IMG/VR virus record: IMGVR_UViG_3300037067_008462 | Length of the DNA: 64,000 nucleotides | Source: an uncultured virus (IMG/VR IMGVR_UViG_3300037067_008462) | Lineage: Duplodnaviria > Heunggongvirae > Uroviricota > Caudoviricetes | Reading direction: 5' to 3' (one strand) | In this document: piece after piece, positions 42,807 through 55,000 of the stretch | Position numbering within the stretch: position 1 is the first letter of the stretch | Layout of the letters: each line of letters opens with the position of its first letter | Translations under genes and position numbers: made by a program | The notes under the pieces: model-generated | What the model was told of the DNA's origin: nothing | Databases searched by the model: none | What the model saw: the letters and a program-made list of their open reading frames with translations, nothing else

Positions 42807-44281
42807 ATGAGTAGTTCAACAAGACAGAGACTTGCAATCGAAAACGTTCCTGTTGAAATTAATGGTACGAAGGGAACCGAAAACATTCTTCTTGAGTTTA
42901 ATACTCTTGGAGATGACGAGAATAGAGAACTGATTAAACGTGCCTGTCTTTACTTTGGAGGAAATGGCCGTTGGACCAGTGGTATTAGCGAGATTGGTTT
43001 TAATAACAATCAAGTTTTTCTCAAGTGTGTTTTTGATGGTAGTTCTTCAGATCCATTGGGCGAAGGAAAAAACAAGGATGCATTCTCTGTCCACGAATTA
43101 ATCAAGTACATTCGGGAAGGCGTCGTTAACTCTAGGAACCCCAAGGCGAGTGTTGCTCCTACAAAATCCATTCTTAAAAGAATTGTTGTAGGATGGAACA
43201 TTGAAGAGTCTGGTTGGCTTCTACAAAATATTAAGTGGGTGGATTTTGATGATCCTAAGATTATCGGAAAAAAGTAACTCAGAAGAAAGCAATAGCGAAG
43301 AAATTCCAGAAGTTGTTCAAGACGGATCTCGGTTTGTTGTTATTGGCCCAGATGGACAGAAATTGGAAGTTAAAGAAGAAGGTGACTTCTTACTTGTTCC
43401 CTTTAAGAGTGGGACAATTAAGATAAAAAAACCCAAGACTCAACAGGAAAAGCTGAAAGAATGGGATAATAGAGAGCTTCCTGTCCCCACCATTAATATT
43501 GTAGATTTATAAGGAGTTGTATTATGAAACTTTATGATCCTAAGAAGTTGCGAAAGATGCTGCTGGATAATATCCAAAGTCGTAAGGCTGCAATTTTTCA
43601 TCTCAATAGAGAGATTAAGCAATTAGTCCCCTTTAAGCGTATTGGACCACATGGTATTGGTTATGTTGAAGACATTTATAATGTAACTGATACCGTTTGC
43701 GTGGTCCGTGTACCCGGAGGTTATGCTGTCGGCGTTCATCTTCAGAGTCCACGTGACACGTATGATCGACGCTACGGAAACGACCATGCTTTCGAAGAAG
43801 CTATGGAAAACAACCTTTATATATCACCCGTTGATCTTAAGGGTTTATCTGGAAGAATTTTGGATGCCCTTAAAGAACAAACTCCAAAGTTCAGTCTAAA
43901 CAACTATACCTTGAGTGGCAAAAACGGTCATACCATAGATGAATCTATGGAGTGGTTTCAGAATATTTGTCAGCGTTTACAGCTAAAAAATAGAGGATAA
44001 AAATGGTACAAGTTATTATACCAAATTTCAGAGAAGAAGATGTTATGGCTTTTAGCTTTAATCTTCCTTCAGACTGGAATTTTAGAGCCGTTAAAGAATA
44101 CATTGTTGAATTTGGACAAAGAACACCGTTTGGTTTTATTGATAGAACTGTAACAGGTGCTTCTCAATCTTCGGTTTCAGTCATTACGCTTGAAAGATAC
44201 TATCCAGAATTTATAAAGATAGCGGGAGAGTTAATGATTGAAATCCAAAAACAAATTGATAAGGGCGAGTTTAACAAATAA
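42807..44281 (+). CDS. Four hypothetical proteins (42807-43277, ~43249-43512, 43524-44000, 44003-44281)
   Basis: Consecutive ORFs with RBSs. Confidence 0.7.
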
Positions 44282-44283
44282 TT

Positions 44284-44943
44284 ATGAAAGATAGAATTAT
44301 TCTTGTACTCGGAAAGGCTGGTGTTGGAAAGACCACTTTTGCAAAAGTAGGGGAACATTTTTATAATTATTATCATGTCGAGATGGCCGAAAATTTAACT
44401 TATCTTGAGGCTTTTCTTTATAAGCTTTTCTTGAGAAAAGATCATCAATTTCAACCGTTACAATTTAATGATGCAAAAGTATTCTATCCTAATATTAAGG
44501 AAGAAGGTCTTGAGTTTATTAAAGATGCAATGTTTGAATGGTACAAAAACAATTCCATTGAAACACATAACGGAAAACCAAGAAACGCTCTTCAGTATCT
44601 AGGAACCGAAATTATGAGAAAGAATTTTGGTGACGATATTCATATTATACCAATTGTAAACAACATTATCAGATCTTCTTCTAAAAACATTGTTGTTGGT
44701 AGTATTAGATTTAAAAATGAGATTGAAAAGTTATCAGTTTTAGCTCACAGAGTTTCTATAGCGGTTGTGGAGAGAAAAATCGAACTGACAGAAAACCTAG
44801 ATTCTCATGTCAGTGAACAAGAATGGCAGACTTGGATAGAAGAAAATCCTGATTCACATAGATCCGTTCTTAATTTCAGCACTCTATCTTTGTTTTTAGG
44901 TAATGCTGCTAGATTTTATGAATCATTAGAAGGACAACAATAA
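44284..44943 (+). CDS. Deoxynucleoside monophosphate kinase (phage-type)
   Basis: P-loop GKAGVGKT; PRNALQYLGTE; IRFKNE; HVSE. Confidence 0.85.
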   Translation: MKDRIILVLGKAGVGKTTFAKVGEHFYNYYHVEMAENLTYLEAFLYKLFLRKDHQFQPLQFNDAKVFYPNIKEEGLEFIKDAMFEWYKNNSIETHNGKPRNALQYLGTEIMRKNFGDDIHIIPIVNNIIRSSSKNIVVGSIRFKNEIEKLSVLAHRVSIAVVERKIELTENLDSHVSEQEWQTWIEENPDSHRSVLNFSTLSLFLGNAARFYESLEGQQ

Positions 44944-45176
44944 TGCAACTGAAATGTGTTGATCTTGCCGGTAAACCTTACCGTTCTCTCAAAGTAGAAC
45001 ATCTTGGTTACGAATATCAAGTAACAGCATACAATCACGAAGACCATACATCCATTACCATGTCTTTCAATAGAGATCAGATAATGGATTTCTTAATCAT
45101 GCTTACTCAAACAATGCCTCTCTCCGATACCTTTACGGCCAAAGAAGACGGAGAAGAAGAGGATATGGAACTATAA
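44943..45176 (+). CDS. Hypothetical protein
   Basis: TAATG-coupled ORF. Confidence 0.65.
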   Translation: MQLKCVDLAGKPYRSLKVEHLGYEYQVTAYNHEDHTSITMSFNRDQIMDFLIMLTQTMPLSDTFTAKEDGEEEDMEL

Positions 45177-45202
45177 CGTAGCTATTCGATCCTTGTTATA
45201 TT

Positions 45203-45227
45203 GGCCCCGAAAGGGGCCGTTTTTTTT
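45203..45227 (+). terminator. Intrinsic terminator
   Basis: GGCCCC-GAAA-GGGGCC followed by T8. Confidence 0.9.
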
Positions 45228-45242
45228 GGGTAAAATCCATTT

Positions 45243-46223
45243 ATGCAAAAAAAATGTTTGTTAGTTGGATCTATTGGTTCGCTCAAAGCCTTGTGTACTG
45301 TGGCAGGATTATTTTATGCATTAAAAGAATATGAGTTCGATATTGCCGGAATGGTTGGGGTTTCCGGTGGTTCTATAGCTTTACCTCTTCTTTCAAAAAA
45401 CATTAGCAAAAACGAATTTATTAAAGCGATAACTTCTGTTAATGGTAAACGAATTAAAGATCAAGACATCTCACAACAAGCTATCGATTGGATTAGAAAG
45501 ACTATCGGATTACCTAGAAATGTCGATCTTCCATTTACAGGCTTATTAAGAGGTAATGGTCTTAGATTTGAATTAGCAAAAATATATAAACAATTTGATT
45601 GTGAGACTTTTGAAAAAGGTATAATTCCTTTTTCAGTCGTAGCAACAAAAATTGCAGCAGACAAATCTCTTAATGGCTTAATTATTAATAACCCTAATAC
45701 AACTTTCTTTTTAGCTATGCAACCACCTGATGTAGGAGAGAATGAAAATAAGATTTCTAAGATAGAGTGTGTGTTTAATAAAGGGAGAGTATTAGAACCA
45801 ATTAGAGGATCAACCGCTATTCCTTTAGTATTCCGTCCTGAGATTATTGATGATGAAATCTATGTGGACGGAGGATGTGTTAATGCTATTCCAGTATTGC
45901 CTGCTATTATAAGATATGGATATGAAGATGTGTTTGTTGCAGACGCCACAACCGATATCATAGAAGAACCTTTGTATGCTGAAGATATCAATTCAGCTAT
46001 TGATGTAGGTATTGCTACTATTTATGCTATGCTACGTAGCAACACTTTAGATAAACTTAAATTAGCCCAACAAGCTCTATCTTGTTATACGAAAAGAATC
46101 ATTCGTATAAAATCTCCATGTAAGATTTCAATGACGGATACGAAGAGAGCAGGAGAAGAGATTGAAAAAGCATATGACTATTCTATAAAAGAAATCTCAA
46201 AATATTTCGATGTGAAAAAATGA
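45243..46223 (+). CDS. Patatin-like phospholipase
   Basis: GVSGG nucleophile elbow, STAIP, DGG motif. Confidence 0.88.
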   Translation: MQKKCLLVGSIGSLKALCTVAGLFYALKEYEFDIAGMVGVSGGSIALPLLSKNISKNEFIKAITSVNGKRIKDQDISQQAIDWIRKTIGLPRNVDLPFTGLLRGNGLRFELAKIYKQFDCETFEKGIIPFSVVATKIAADKSLNGLIINNPNTTFFLAMQPPDVGENENKISKIECVFNKGRVLEPIRGSTAIPLVFRPEIIDDEIYVDGGCVNAIPVLPAIIRYGYEDVFVADATTDIIEEPLYAEDINSAIDVGIATIYAMLRSNTLDKLKLAQQALSCYTKRIIRIKSPCKISMTDTKRAGEEIEKAYDYSIKEISKYFDVKK

Positions 46224-46612
46224 ACGGAATCAATATATTTCAATCACTTAGTGAGTTAGTCAAGCTTTTTGGTTTAGATACAGCTATTGCGGTTGTTGCG
46301 TTTGGTTTTATGGTAATAATGGTTTGGAATTATTTTAACTATATTAAGGGACAAACAGCTAAAGAACATAAATCACAAGAGGAAGGATACAGAGCTTGTC
46401 AAAACGTTAACTCCAAAGAACACGAAGAAATTATTGATATTTTGGATAAGATGAGTGTAAACATTTTTGAAATTAATACCAGCTTTAAAACTGCCATTAA
46501 TATACTGATAAAGAAAGAACTAAATGGAAATGAAGACAATGGACCAACAAAAAATAAAAAAGATAAAGGACAGAGTACTTCAGACATCGATTCAAACGAA
46601 GGAAACGAGTGA
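46220..46612 (+). CDS. Single-TM membrane protein (possible holin)
   Basis: One TM helix followed by a charged tail. Confidence 0.45.
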   Translation: MNGINIFQSLSELVKLFGLDTAIAVVAFGFMVIMVWNYFNYIKGQTAKEHKSQEEGYRACQNVNSKEHEEIIDILDKMSVNIFEINTSFKTAINILIKKELNGNEDNGPTKNKKDKGQSTSDIDSNEGNE

Positions 46613-46665
46613 AGAACTTGCAATATTGGAATCGATAGCAAAGAAGAAAGTCGAGAAAGAAAAGA

Positions 46666-47139
46666 ATGATAAAGGCGAAACAAATAGTTAATGGAGTGAT
46701 TGGGATTGATCCCTCTCTCCGTGGAACAGGTTTTGCTTTCGGTTTAAAAGAATCTGAATACAATGTAATCCATTTTTCTAAAGGAAGTGATCCAGCCCTT
46801 GATTTGTGTCAGATTAGCGACCAGATGGAAAAGATTATAGTTGAAAATAATATAAAATATTCTTTTAAAGAAGGATATTGTTACAACTATATTAATGCAG
46901 GAATGACACGCATTATGGAAGTAGGAGGAATTCTAAAAAGACTATTTGTAATCCATAACGTTCAATATATCGATGTAGCGGCGTTAACGGTTAAAAAGGT
47001 TCTCACGGGAATCGGCAAGGGTAAAAAGGAGGGAGTCCAGCGAGTTGTAAATAGTCTCTTACATACCACCATAGAAGACGACAACATTACAGATGCTATC
47101 GGCCTCTATCTTGTAGGGCAAGGCTACCTTATGCTTTAG
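46666..47139 (+). CDS. ruvC: RuvC-like Holliday junction resolvase
   Basis: IGIDPSLRGTG, KEG, KKVLTGIGKGKK, DDNITDAI acidic motifs. Confidence 0.85.
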   Translation: MIKAKQIVNGVIGIDPSLRGTGFAFGLKESEYNVIHFSKGSDPALDLCQISDQMEKIIVENNIKYSFKEGYCYNYINAGMTRIMEVGGILKRLFVIHNVQYIDVAALTVKKVLTGIGKGKKEGVQRVVNSLLHTTIEDDNITDAIGLYLVGQGYLML

Positions 47140-47229
47140 AAAAAAACAATAAAGAATTTGGAATTAGAGTTCCAGACTTCAATAAAGATATCGAAGAATA
47201 TATCAACGACATACTAGAGAGGAATTAAA

Positions 47230-48043
47230 GTGGGTTGTTGTGGCAAGAAAAATTCTCAAGCAAACAATTATGTAGAGATTAACGGTGATGTTTATTTTGT
47301 AGGGATCAACGTTCTTTCATCTTTTCTTCAACAATTGGCTCCTCGTTATCAAGAAGATTATCCATATATTTTTGCAGTTTTTAATAAAGATACTGGTGCT
47401 AGAGTTGAAGGCGAATTAATGTTTAAAAAAGGTTTGGCATTTTTAAATGGTCGCCGCTTATTCTAGCATTTTTAAAAAGGAATAAAATATGTGTCCGGCT
47501 GGATTTCGAAACGATGCTGACTTTGATAAACCTTCCAGCTTCGCTGTATTACCGCTCCGTCAATATAAGTATATCATGACAAGAGACATGGGAAGATCAC
47601 AACAATACCGTGTAATCCCCTCTTTCGTATATGCTCAAACCGGAAGTGATTTCGGAACCATCGCTTTTCCCGGTACTCTATTTTCTTATTATCTAAACAA
47701 AGAATATGTAGTAAAGGGTTTCGAGATGAGATTCGATTATTGTCACGGTAAAACTATCATCTACAAAAAGGGATTCACAAGGCATCAACCTTACTCTTAT
47801 TCAAAACATCTTCAACCTTATACGGAAACAAGGGAAGTCACCGGTAACGGTGAAATTATGTATTCTTTTGATTATAAAACTATTGGAACCGTAAGTGTTG
47901 CAACAGATAATTATGAAATTATGTATAAGACTCTATCTTTAAGTCGAGCAGATCTCACGAGTATAGAATTTGAAAAAAGATTTTATAACTATTCCGGAGA
48001 TTTGTCTTGGCATCTTCCCGATATGGGATGTAATATTCGATAA
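47230..48043 (+). CDS. Two hypothetical proteins (47230-47466, 47489-48043)
   Basis: ORFs with RBSs. Confidence 0.65.
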
Positions 48044-48055
48044 AAGGCTCTATCT

Positions 48056-49642
48056 ATGAGTTTATGTGTTAGAAGACCAACCGGTTCCCAATCTGTTAGT
48101 AATCCTCGTCGTTCCAAAGAGAGTAAAGGAACCACGCAAATACGTAACCTAACTGGACAAAATCCAACTGTTCCGCCGATTGCTCCTCCTCCACCATATC
48201 ATCCGCCCTGGCATCCAGTTAATCCGATTCGTTGGAATCTTCCACCCATAATGTATGATCCAGACATCATCGCTCATACTTTAGATTTTGAAAAAAGATT
48301 AATTAGTTGGACTATTACCTATTCTCCTGAATCCAATATTTCAGGTGTTTCTAATACCACAACTACTGCCAACAATTTGATTTCAGGTAATCAAGTTAAA
48401 AAATGTCCTCCTCTTGTAGATGAACCGATTTTAACCCTCGGCTATCAATTTCCCTATACGTCACCTAAAAAGGTCACTAAAACTTTAACAGTTAGTTGTG
48501 ATGATGATCCTGAAGCTTTTGCATCTTTTATTCATCCAGGAGAAAGCGGTCTTGATCTTTTAACTGCTCCTCGAAATTATTCTGGAAAATTTGCAGAAGA
48601 TTTCTTTATGGATCGTTTTATCGATAACAATGCTTCTAATGTAACTCTTCCTCCGGGTTACGGTTGTATTACTAGTGTGCTTTTGTGTTTGGAATCTACC
48701 AAAGGAGCCATTCTCCGGGCTGTAACTATTACACCTGAAGTCATCCAATACAACTTAGATATTAATGGACTCCCTGCCACGTTACAGTCAGCTAGGGGAG
48801 GACCAGGAGGAGGAGATGATAATGTTATTTTAGATCAAACCGCTCCTCCATTTAACTTTAACTCTATTCCTCCGGCCCTTGAAGAGAGCTTGGGAGCTTT
48901 GGCTGATTCTGTAGATAGAGCAGTTAGAAAAGCTCCACAAGAACCCAAGAAACAACCTTCTTTGCCTCCCGGTGATGGAGATGCAACTAATGACGAAGAG
49001 GCACCTGTTTGTGGATTTACACCAGATGTTAGCTTTCAAGATATTATGAGTTTGTTAATGTTCAATTATTCTTTCTTCTCTGAAAAGATTATAGATCTAT
49101 TATTTATGCGACTTTGGGCGATTTGTGAATTTGTATTTTGGGTATTTTGGAACATCATTCCTCTTTGTAAGGCGGAATGGGATTTGGTTTTAGGATTAAT
49201 AAAGAAAATATTTAGTATTGATTTTGAAGTTAAAGATGGAGCTTGTATTCCTCCTTTCTTGTTGAACTTAGCTCAATTAACAATCGACAAAATTCTTGTT
49301 CCGGCCACTTGTTGTAATTTAAAAGAGTTGTTAAGATTACTGCTTTTAGGACCAGCCGGATTGCTCTTTATTGCTCCATTATTTCAAGGCTGTGTGGTGT
49401 ATTGGCTTGTTTGTTTCTTAAGATTTATAAGAAACTTGTTTGCTTATATTCTTTTGTTTGCGGCCAACTTCATTTTATGGGCGATTACTTATGGCGCAAA
49501 GATAATCTGTGGCTTAATTAGTGGAAAAGGAAAGGATATGTTTGCGTCACCAACCTCTTCAGAAACGAAGTCGGCCCTCAAGGATGAAATTGCACAAATG
49601 GAAAAACTTCAACAAAAAACCAAAAATTCTGCTGGAATATAA
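48056..49642 (+). CDS. Pro-rich protein with long hydrophobic Cys-rich C-terminus
   Basis: 528-aa ORF; possibly structural or membrane-associated. Confidence 0.7.
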   Translation: MSLCVRRPTGSQSVSNPRRSKESKGTTQIRNLTGQNPTVPPIAPPPPYHPPWHPVNPIRWNLPPIMYDPDIIAHTLDFEKRLISWTITYSPESNISGVSNTTTTANNLISGNQVKKCPPLVDEPILTLGYQFPYTSPKKVTKTLTVSCDDDPEAFASFIHPGESGLDLLTAPRNYSGKFAEDFFMDRFIDNNASNVTLPPGYGCITSVLLCLESTKGAILRAVTITPEVIQYNLDINGLPATLQSARGGPGGGDDNVILDQTAPPFNFNSIPPALEESLGALADSVDRAVRKAPQEPKKQPSLPPGDGDATNDEEAPVCGFTPDVSFQDIMSLLMFNYSFFSEKIIDLLFMRLWAICEFVFWVFWNIIPLCKAEWDLVLGLIKKIFSIDFEVKDGACIPPFLLNLAQLTIDKILVPATCCNLKELLRLLLLGPAGLLFIAPLFQGCVVYWLVCFLRFIRNLFAYILLFAANFILWAITYGAKIICGLISGKGKDMFASPTSSETKSALKDEIAQMEKLQQKTKNSAGI

Positions 49643-49658
49643 GGGGTACAATTAAGAT

Positions 49659-50888
49659 GTGTTAAAGTTTTTCGATTCGTTACAACAATTTTTTAAAGCT
49701 AACGCAGAACGTTTTTATACCGGAGCAACGTATCTTAATAGCAACGAACACGCTCCTTTTGGAAGCCTTAGTTTTGATGAATTAGACAATAACCTTAAAG
49801 TAACAAAAGGTCTAATGAATATTCTGGTCTCTAAGGGTATTGCAACGGGAGATTCAGTTAGAGGATATAAGCTTCTTGATCCTAATAATATCAGAGACAC
49901 TCTAACCGAAATCTCTAAAGATCCGAGATACAATAATGTCATTAATGATTGGATGTATAATATTTCTGATAAGTATGCTCCACTAATAGGTGTAATTAGA
50001 GAGGTAGTGAAGAGAAATAGAGACATCGATCAGAAACCCGCAAAACTTCACGCTTTAGGTAAAGAACTCAGTAAGACGGACTTTGCTGGACAACCAGACC
50101 CTAATGCAACCTTGACACATTTTTTCGCATTTAGTCCTGATCCTCAACAGCGCGGCGCAGGTCTCCTATATAGAGATCCAGATGAAATTACAAACGCTAT
50201 TTCTGTTCATAGTCCTAATATTAGAGCGTTAGGGGCAAGTGATCCTCATAGTCTCTTAGGACAAAAGGCCGTGAAATACGCCAACAGTCCAGAACAATCT
50301 AACCTATTTAATACATCTATGGATCTAATTTCGATCATAACGGAACCATCACCAACATCATCATTTGATTCTCCGGGAGCAAAAATGGCACGTAACGCTA
50401 TAGGCGCAATGGGAGCAAGTACTGGACATCGGGCCGGAACATTAGGAAAGGCGGTCCAAACTCCTCGCGCTTTAATGTTCAGAATAGAAGAACTTTTTAA
50501 TTTGTTTCCAGATAGAGCGGTGGATTTGTGTTATGATTTTATCAAAGATGAACCGGAACTAAAAGAAACACTAAAGTTCTCGAAAGCCGACCTTCGTTCT
50601 TTGAAGCGTACCATAACTTCACTTTATCTTATGAAGAAAGGAAAAGTTTCTGCTCAAGAACTAAGAAAAAGTTATTCAGTAATAGATAGAACACCAATAG
50701 ATCCTAATATTCTACCTCATGATGATCGTAAACGTAAGAGAACAGAATCAGGCCGTCCTTTAGATGAACCTATATCGTCTTCATATGCCGAAGAAGTTGT
50801 TACGCAATATCCTGATTCTGAGTTTATAGATATCTTGATGCTTAGGGTTGCTTTAGATAATTATGTCGAGGAAAGGAGAGCGCAGTAA
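49659..50888 (+). CDS. Hypothetical protein (possible internal virion protein)
   Basis: 409 aa; N-terminal FFKA motif shared with other head-region proteins. Confidence 0.65.
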   Translation: MLKFFDSLQQFFKANAERFYTGATYLNSNEHAPFGSLSFDELDNNLKVTKGLMNILVSKGIATGDSVRGYKLLDPNNIRDTLTEISKDPRYNNVINDWMYNISDKYAPLIGVIREVVKRNRDIDQKPAKLHALGKELSKTDFAGQPDPNATLTHFFAFSPDPQQRGAGLLYRDPDEITNAISVHSPNIRALGASDPHSLLGQKAVKYANSPEQSNLFNTSMDLISIITEPSPTSSFDSPGAKMARNAIGAMGASTGHRAGTLGKAVQTPRALMFRIEELFNLFPDRAVDLCYDFIKDEPELKETLKFSKADLRSLKRTITSLYLMKKGKVSAQELRKSYSVIDRTPIDPNILPHDDRKRKRTESGRPLDEPISSSYAEEVVTQYPDSEFIDILMLRVALDNYVEERRAQ

Positions 50889-51265
50889 TGCACATCCTCA
50901 TTCTCAGAAAATGTCAATATTCTGATCGCTATCGTTCGGTAGACAATCTTTTTCAAGGAGAATACACTCTATCTCAATTGTTCGATTTATTTCCGGAATC
51001 ATTTTTTTTAGTTATCAATGAAGTGATGGATTATCATAACAACCGAGTTGTAGGTGTAAATAGATTAAAAGATCTACTTCTTATCGATGATGACAATCAA
51101 ATGCATTGCCAGCATTGCGGAACCAAGAATATCGTTACTCGTAAATATTGTCGTAATTGCGGTTATGAAAATAAATACTATGATGTTACTAAATATCTAT
51201 CACCTGATTTTACTAAAGCTGCCGATCTAAGAGACTTTATAGACAGTTTTTGGTCTAAGAGGTAA
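50888..51265 (+). CDS. Zn-ribbon protein
   Basis: CQHCG...YCRNCG. Confidence 0.7.
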   Translation: MHILILRKCQYSDRYRSVDNLFQGEYTLSQLFDLFPESFFLVINEVMDYHNNRVVGVNRLKDLLLIDDDNQMHCQHCGTKNIVTRKYCRNCGYENKYYDVTKYLSPDFTKAADLRDFIDSFWSKR

Positions 51266-51272
51266 TATTTGT

Positions 51273-52037
51273 ATGGAATATAAAGTATGTCCAAAGTGCA
51301 AAAGGGAGCTTTCATTATCTAATTTCTCCAAAGATAAGTATAAATCTAATGGATACAAGTCTAGATGCAAAGAATGTTTGTCTGAATTTTACTACGAAGA
51401 TAAAATTAATAATAATGAAAAATATCTTAATTATGCCCGTGTATATCGAAACCGTCATCCAGAAAAAATTAAAAATTATTATAAGAATAATAAAGAAAAG
51501 CTTAGTCAAAAACATAAAGAATATTATATAGAAAATAAAGAAAAAATCAGAAAACAATATTATATCTATTATCATAAGCGTGGAGGAAAAGATGTTATAA
51601 AATTAAATTATATAAAAAATAAAAATTATATAGCAGAGAGAGAAAAAAAAAGAAGACATACGGAAGAATTTAGAACTAAAGATAGATTATATCATAAAAT
51701 GTACAGAAATACTGATAAAGGTAAAGTTGTTCTTTTAAACAGGGACCACAGAAGAAGAGTAAACATTAATAATACACCAAAAGAAATATTGATATCAAAT
51801 TATGATCTTTTAAGAATTAAAAACGTTTACACACATTGTCCTTATTGTGGTATAGAGATGACGGAAGATTTAAGATATAAAGGAACATCTAATTATAAGA
51901 CATTAGAGCATATTATCCCTATAAATAAAGGTGGAAGCCATACTGTTGAAAACGTTATATTCTGTTGCTTGAGATGTAATTGCTCAAAACAAGATAAATT
52001 ATTGGATGAATGGCGTAACCTCAAAGACAAAAAGTAA
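51273..52037 (+). CDS. HNH endonuclease
   Basis: CPYCG..TLEHIIPINKGG.H..NVIFCCLRCNCSK; N-terminal CxxC. Confidence 0.9.
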   Translation: MEYKVCPKCKRELSLSNFSKDKYKSNGYKSRCKECLSEFYYEDKINNNEKYLNYARVYRNRHPEKIKNYYKNNKEKLSQKHKEYYIENKEKIRKQYYIYYHKRGGKDVIKLNYIKNKNYIAEREKKRRHTEEFRTKDRLYHKMYRNTDKGKVVLLNRDHRRRVNINNTPKEILISNYDLLRIKNVYTHCPYCGIEMTEDLRYKGTSNYKTLEHIIPINKGGSHTVENVIFCCLRCNCSKQDKLLDEWRNLKDKK

Positions 52038-55000
52038 TGCCTACAGGACTAGTTAAAAATGCAGCAGACGAAACCAAATGGAAAAGAGCCAAACGTGCTG
52101 CACAAAAATCTACGGGCAAAAAATCATGGGCTTTAGTTAATTATATTTATCAAAAGATGAAGAAGGGTGTTAGCGATAACATTGAAAACGATAATGCGGT
52201 TGCCTGGACCGCAACAGGACGTTTAGCTAAAATCTTTAAACCAGAAAAACTAAACGATTATGTTGAAAGTCAAACCAGAGGAGATATTGTTGGAGTCAGT
52301 GATAACCCTGTAAGATTGCATCCACTGATTCGTGATAAAATTATTCAATATCTTTCTCAGGCCAAAAATGTTCAAGGAAACATAATTCGTAAAAAGCCGG
52401 AAATCTTCAAGGTTCCTCACGGCACTCTATCTCAAAACACCTTATCTAAAAGTGTTCCAATATCTTATATAATTAAACAGATTAATCAAGAAGGTGGAAT
52501 CGATAGATTAATTAAGTTAGGAAAACTAAAACATTACAATCAAGGACGTTATAGAGATGTTTATGAATGGACAAATAGAAGAGGAGAGGCCGATCCAGAT
52601 AAAGTAATTAAGATTGAACGTCGCCCTCAAGGTGCTAATGAAAACGAATTCTCAACATGGAAAAAATTACAAGAAATAGAACGAACCGAACTTGTTCCAA
52701 AAATATATCAACGTTTTCAAACCCCAAAAGGTGAAGATGTTATTATAGCTAAAAAGGCTGAACCGTTTACATTAAAAACAATGCCGTCAGAATCAAACGC
52801 TCTATTTCGCCGTCTCTTACCGAGGGATAATAAAAGATCTAATTTCGGAATAATGAAGCACGGTAGAGTTGTTAAGTTAGATACATCTCACGATTGGGCT
52901 GATACCATTAACAAAGGTACCCCGATTAAGCACATCATAAGGATGATTGAAAAAAGGGGAATCGGAGGGTTAATAGAAAACGGAACATTAGAAGAATTGG
53001 GTTCTGGATATTCTAGAAATGCATACGGATACAAAGGAAATCCAGATGTTGTTATTAAACATGAACCTAATCCTTGGCCCGTAAGTAGCAATAGAAGAGA
53101 AGGAATGGTTTATGATGCCCTAAAAAGAATAGGAAAAACACATTTGGTACCAAAGATTTATGCCAACATTCAGCTTCCCGAAAGACAAGGTGATGTTTTA
53201 ATTACCAAAAGAGCAAAACCATTTAAATACAGCAGATCAAAAGAATTAACTTCTTTGATGGATGATCCGAATCATTTATCTACTTACAAAGAAATCAAAA
53301 AATTGATGCCATTTGATAATAAAGATGCTAATTTCGGAACTATGGGAGAGGGAAACAAAAAAAGACTTGTAAAATTAGATACGGGCGACGATCCGGCTCA
53401 TCTAATCAAACAACCCTCTATTTTTAAAGCAGTTCCTATTGCTCATATTATAAGGATGATAAATAAGGAAGGAATTAGTAATCTTATTAATAATGGAACT
53501 TTAGAAGAAATTGGATCTGGGGGTTCTCGATATGTTTTTAAACATAAAGGCAATCCACATGTTGTAATCAAACATGAACCAGAAGGAAATGCTTTTAGTA
53601 GCAATGCTTACGAAACTGCTATTTTTAAAAAATTACAACAACTGGGATCTGAATCAAGTTTTGTTCCAAAGGTTTATACAAATCAATCTATTCCAAAAGA
53701 TAAAGGTGGAGGAACAGTTCTAATCGCAAAAAGAGCTATTCCTTATTATGATCAATATCATTCCTGGACATATAGCGATCCGGAAGAACAAGCAGAAGAT
53801 GATCGTTTTTCTTATGAAGTAGACAAAATAAAAAATCTTCTTCCCGCTGATACAAGTCCTCAAAATTTTGGAATTATGGGTCAAGATAAACATAGACGTG
53901 TGGTTAAATTAGATACAGGAAATGATCGTCTTGACGAGCTTAACACAAAAGTAAAATTTAAAGAACTTAAGAAAAGAAAAGAAGAATTTCGCTCTATCTT
54001 TAAAGCTGTTCCATACAAACATATATTAAGAATGTTGGCAAAATACGGTATAGAAGGAATGCGAGACAAAGGGTGGAAAATCGATTCGTTAGTGGGAGGG
54101 AGTTATAGGAAGGTTTTTGATTTAAAGATTCCGGGAAAAGAAGCTCCAAACGTTGTTATTAAAATGCCTAGAAATCCAGAAGATCCTACAGATTGGGAAG
54201 CAAACGAAGAAGAAGCTAAAGCTTGGAAAATGTTGAAGCCAAAAGAAGAACAATATCTAATGGCTCCCGTTAGAGGACATGAGGCTCCCTTTTTATTAAT
54301 GGATAAAGTTATCCCTTTATCTAAATTAGTAAACGTGCAATCAAAAATATTAAGAAGAGACCCTAAATATTATAAAGATTACAAAAAGATTCTAGAACGT
54401 CAACCTGACGACTCTGCTTATAGAAATTTGGGAGTAAGAAAAACCAAAGGGGAAACCAAACAACTTGTTATGTTGGATGCAAATCTTTTTCCAACACAAT
54501 ATGAATGGTTTCAAAACAAACAAGACATCCTCAAGGCTCTATCTAATAAGACAGTCAAAGAATCAGGAGATAAAATAAATATAGATTGGAAGAAATATTC
54601 AATCAAACAGTTAAAAGAAGGAATGGAGATAGAGGCAGAGCATGGCTCAACCGATCCCCAAACCGATGTCACACATGATGATCCGGTTTTGACTGCTAAG
54701 ATTGCATTAGCCCATATAAAAGAGTCACCTGAATATTATAAAGAATTAAAAAAGATGGAGAAAACATTAGAAAAAGCTAAAGGTTTTGCTCCTACTGGTG
54801 ATCCTAAAGATTTATTTGCCGGTAACAAGGGGAGAATCTTAAGCCAAAATTATACAGGAGATGATCGTTGGAATCCTAATAGTATGTATGAGATAAATAA
54901 GCCTGGACTACCTGGGCGTTATACAGAAACAGAAGAACCAGACTCTATCTCTAAATCCATCAATGATATAAGTCGTACACAAAATCTATTCGAAGGAAAA

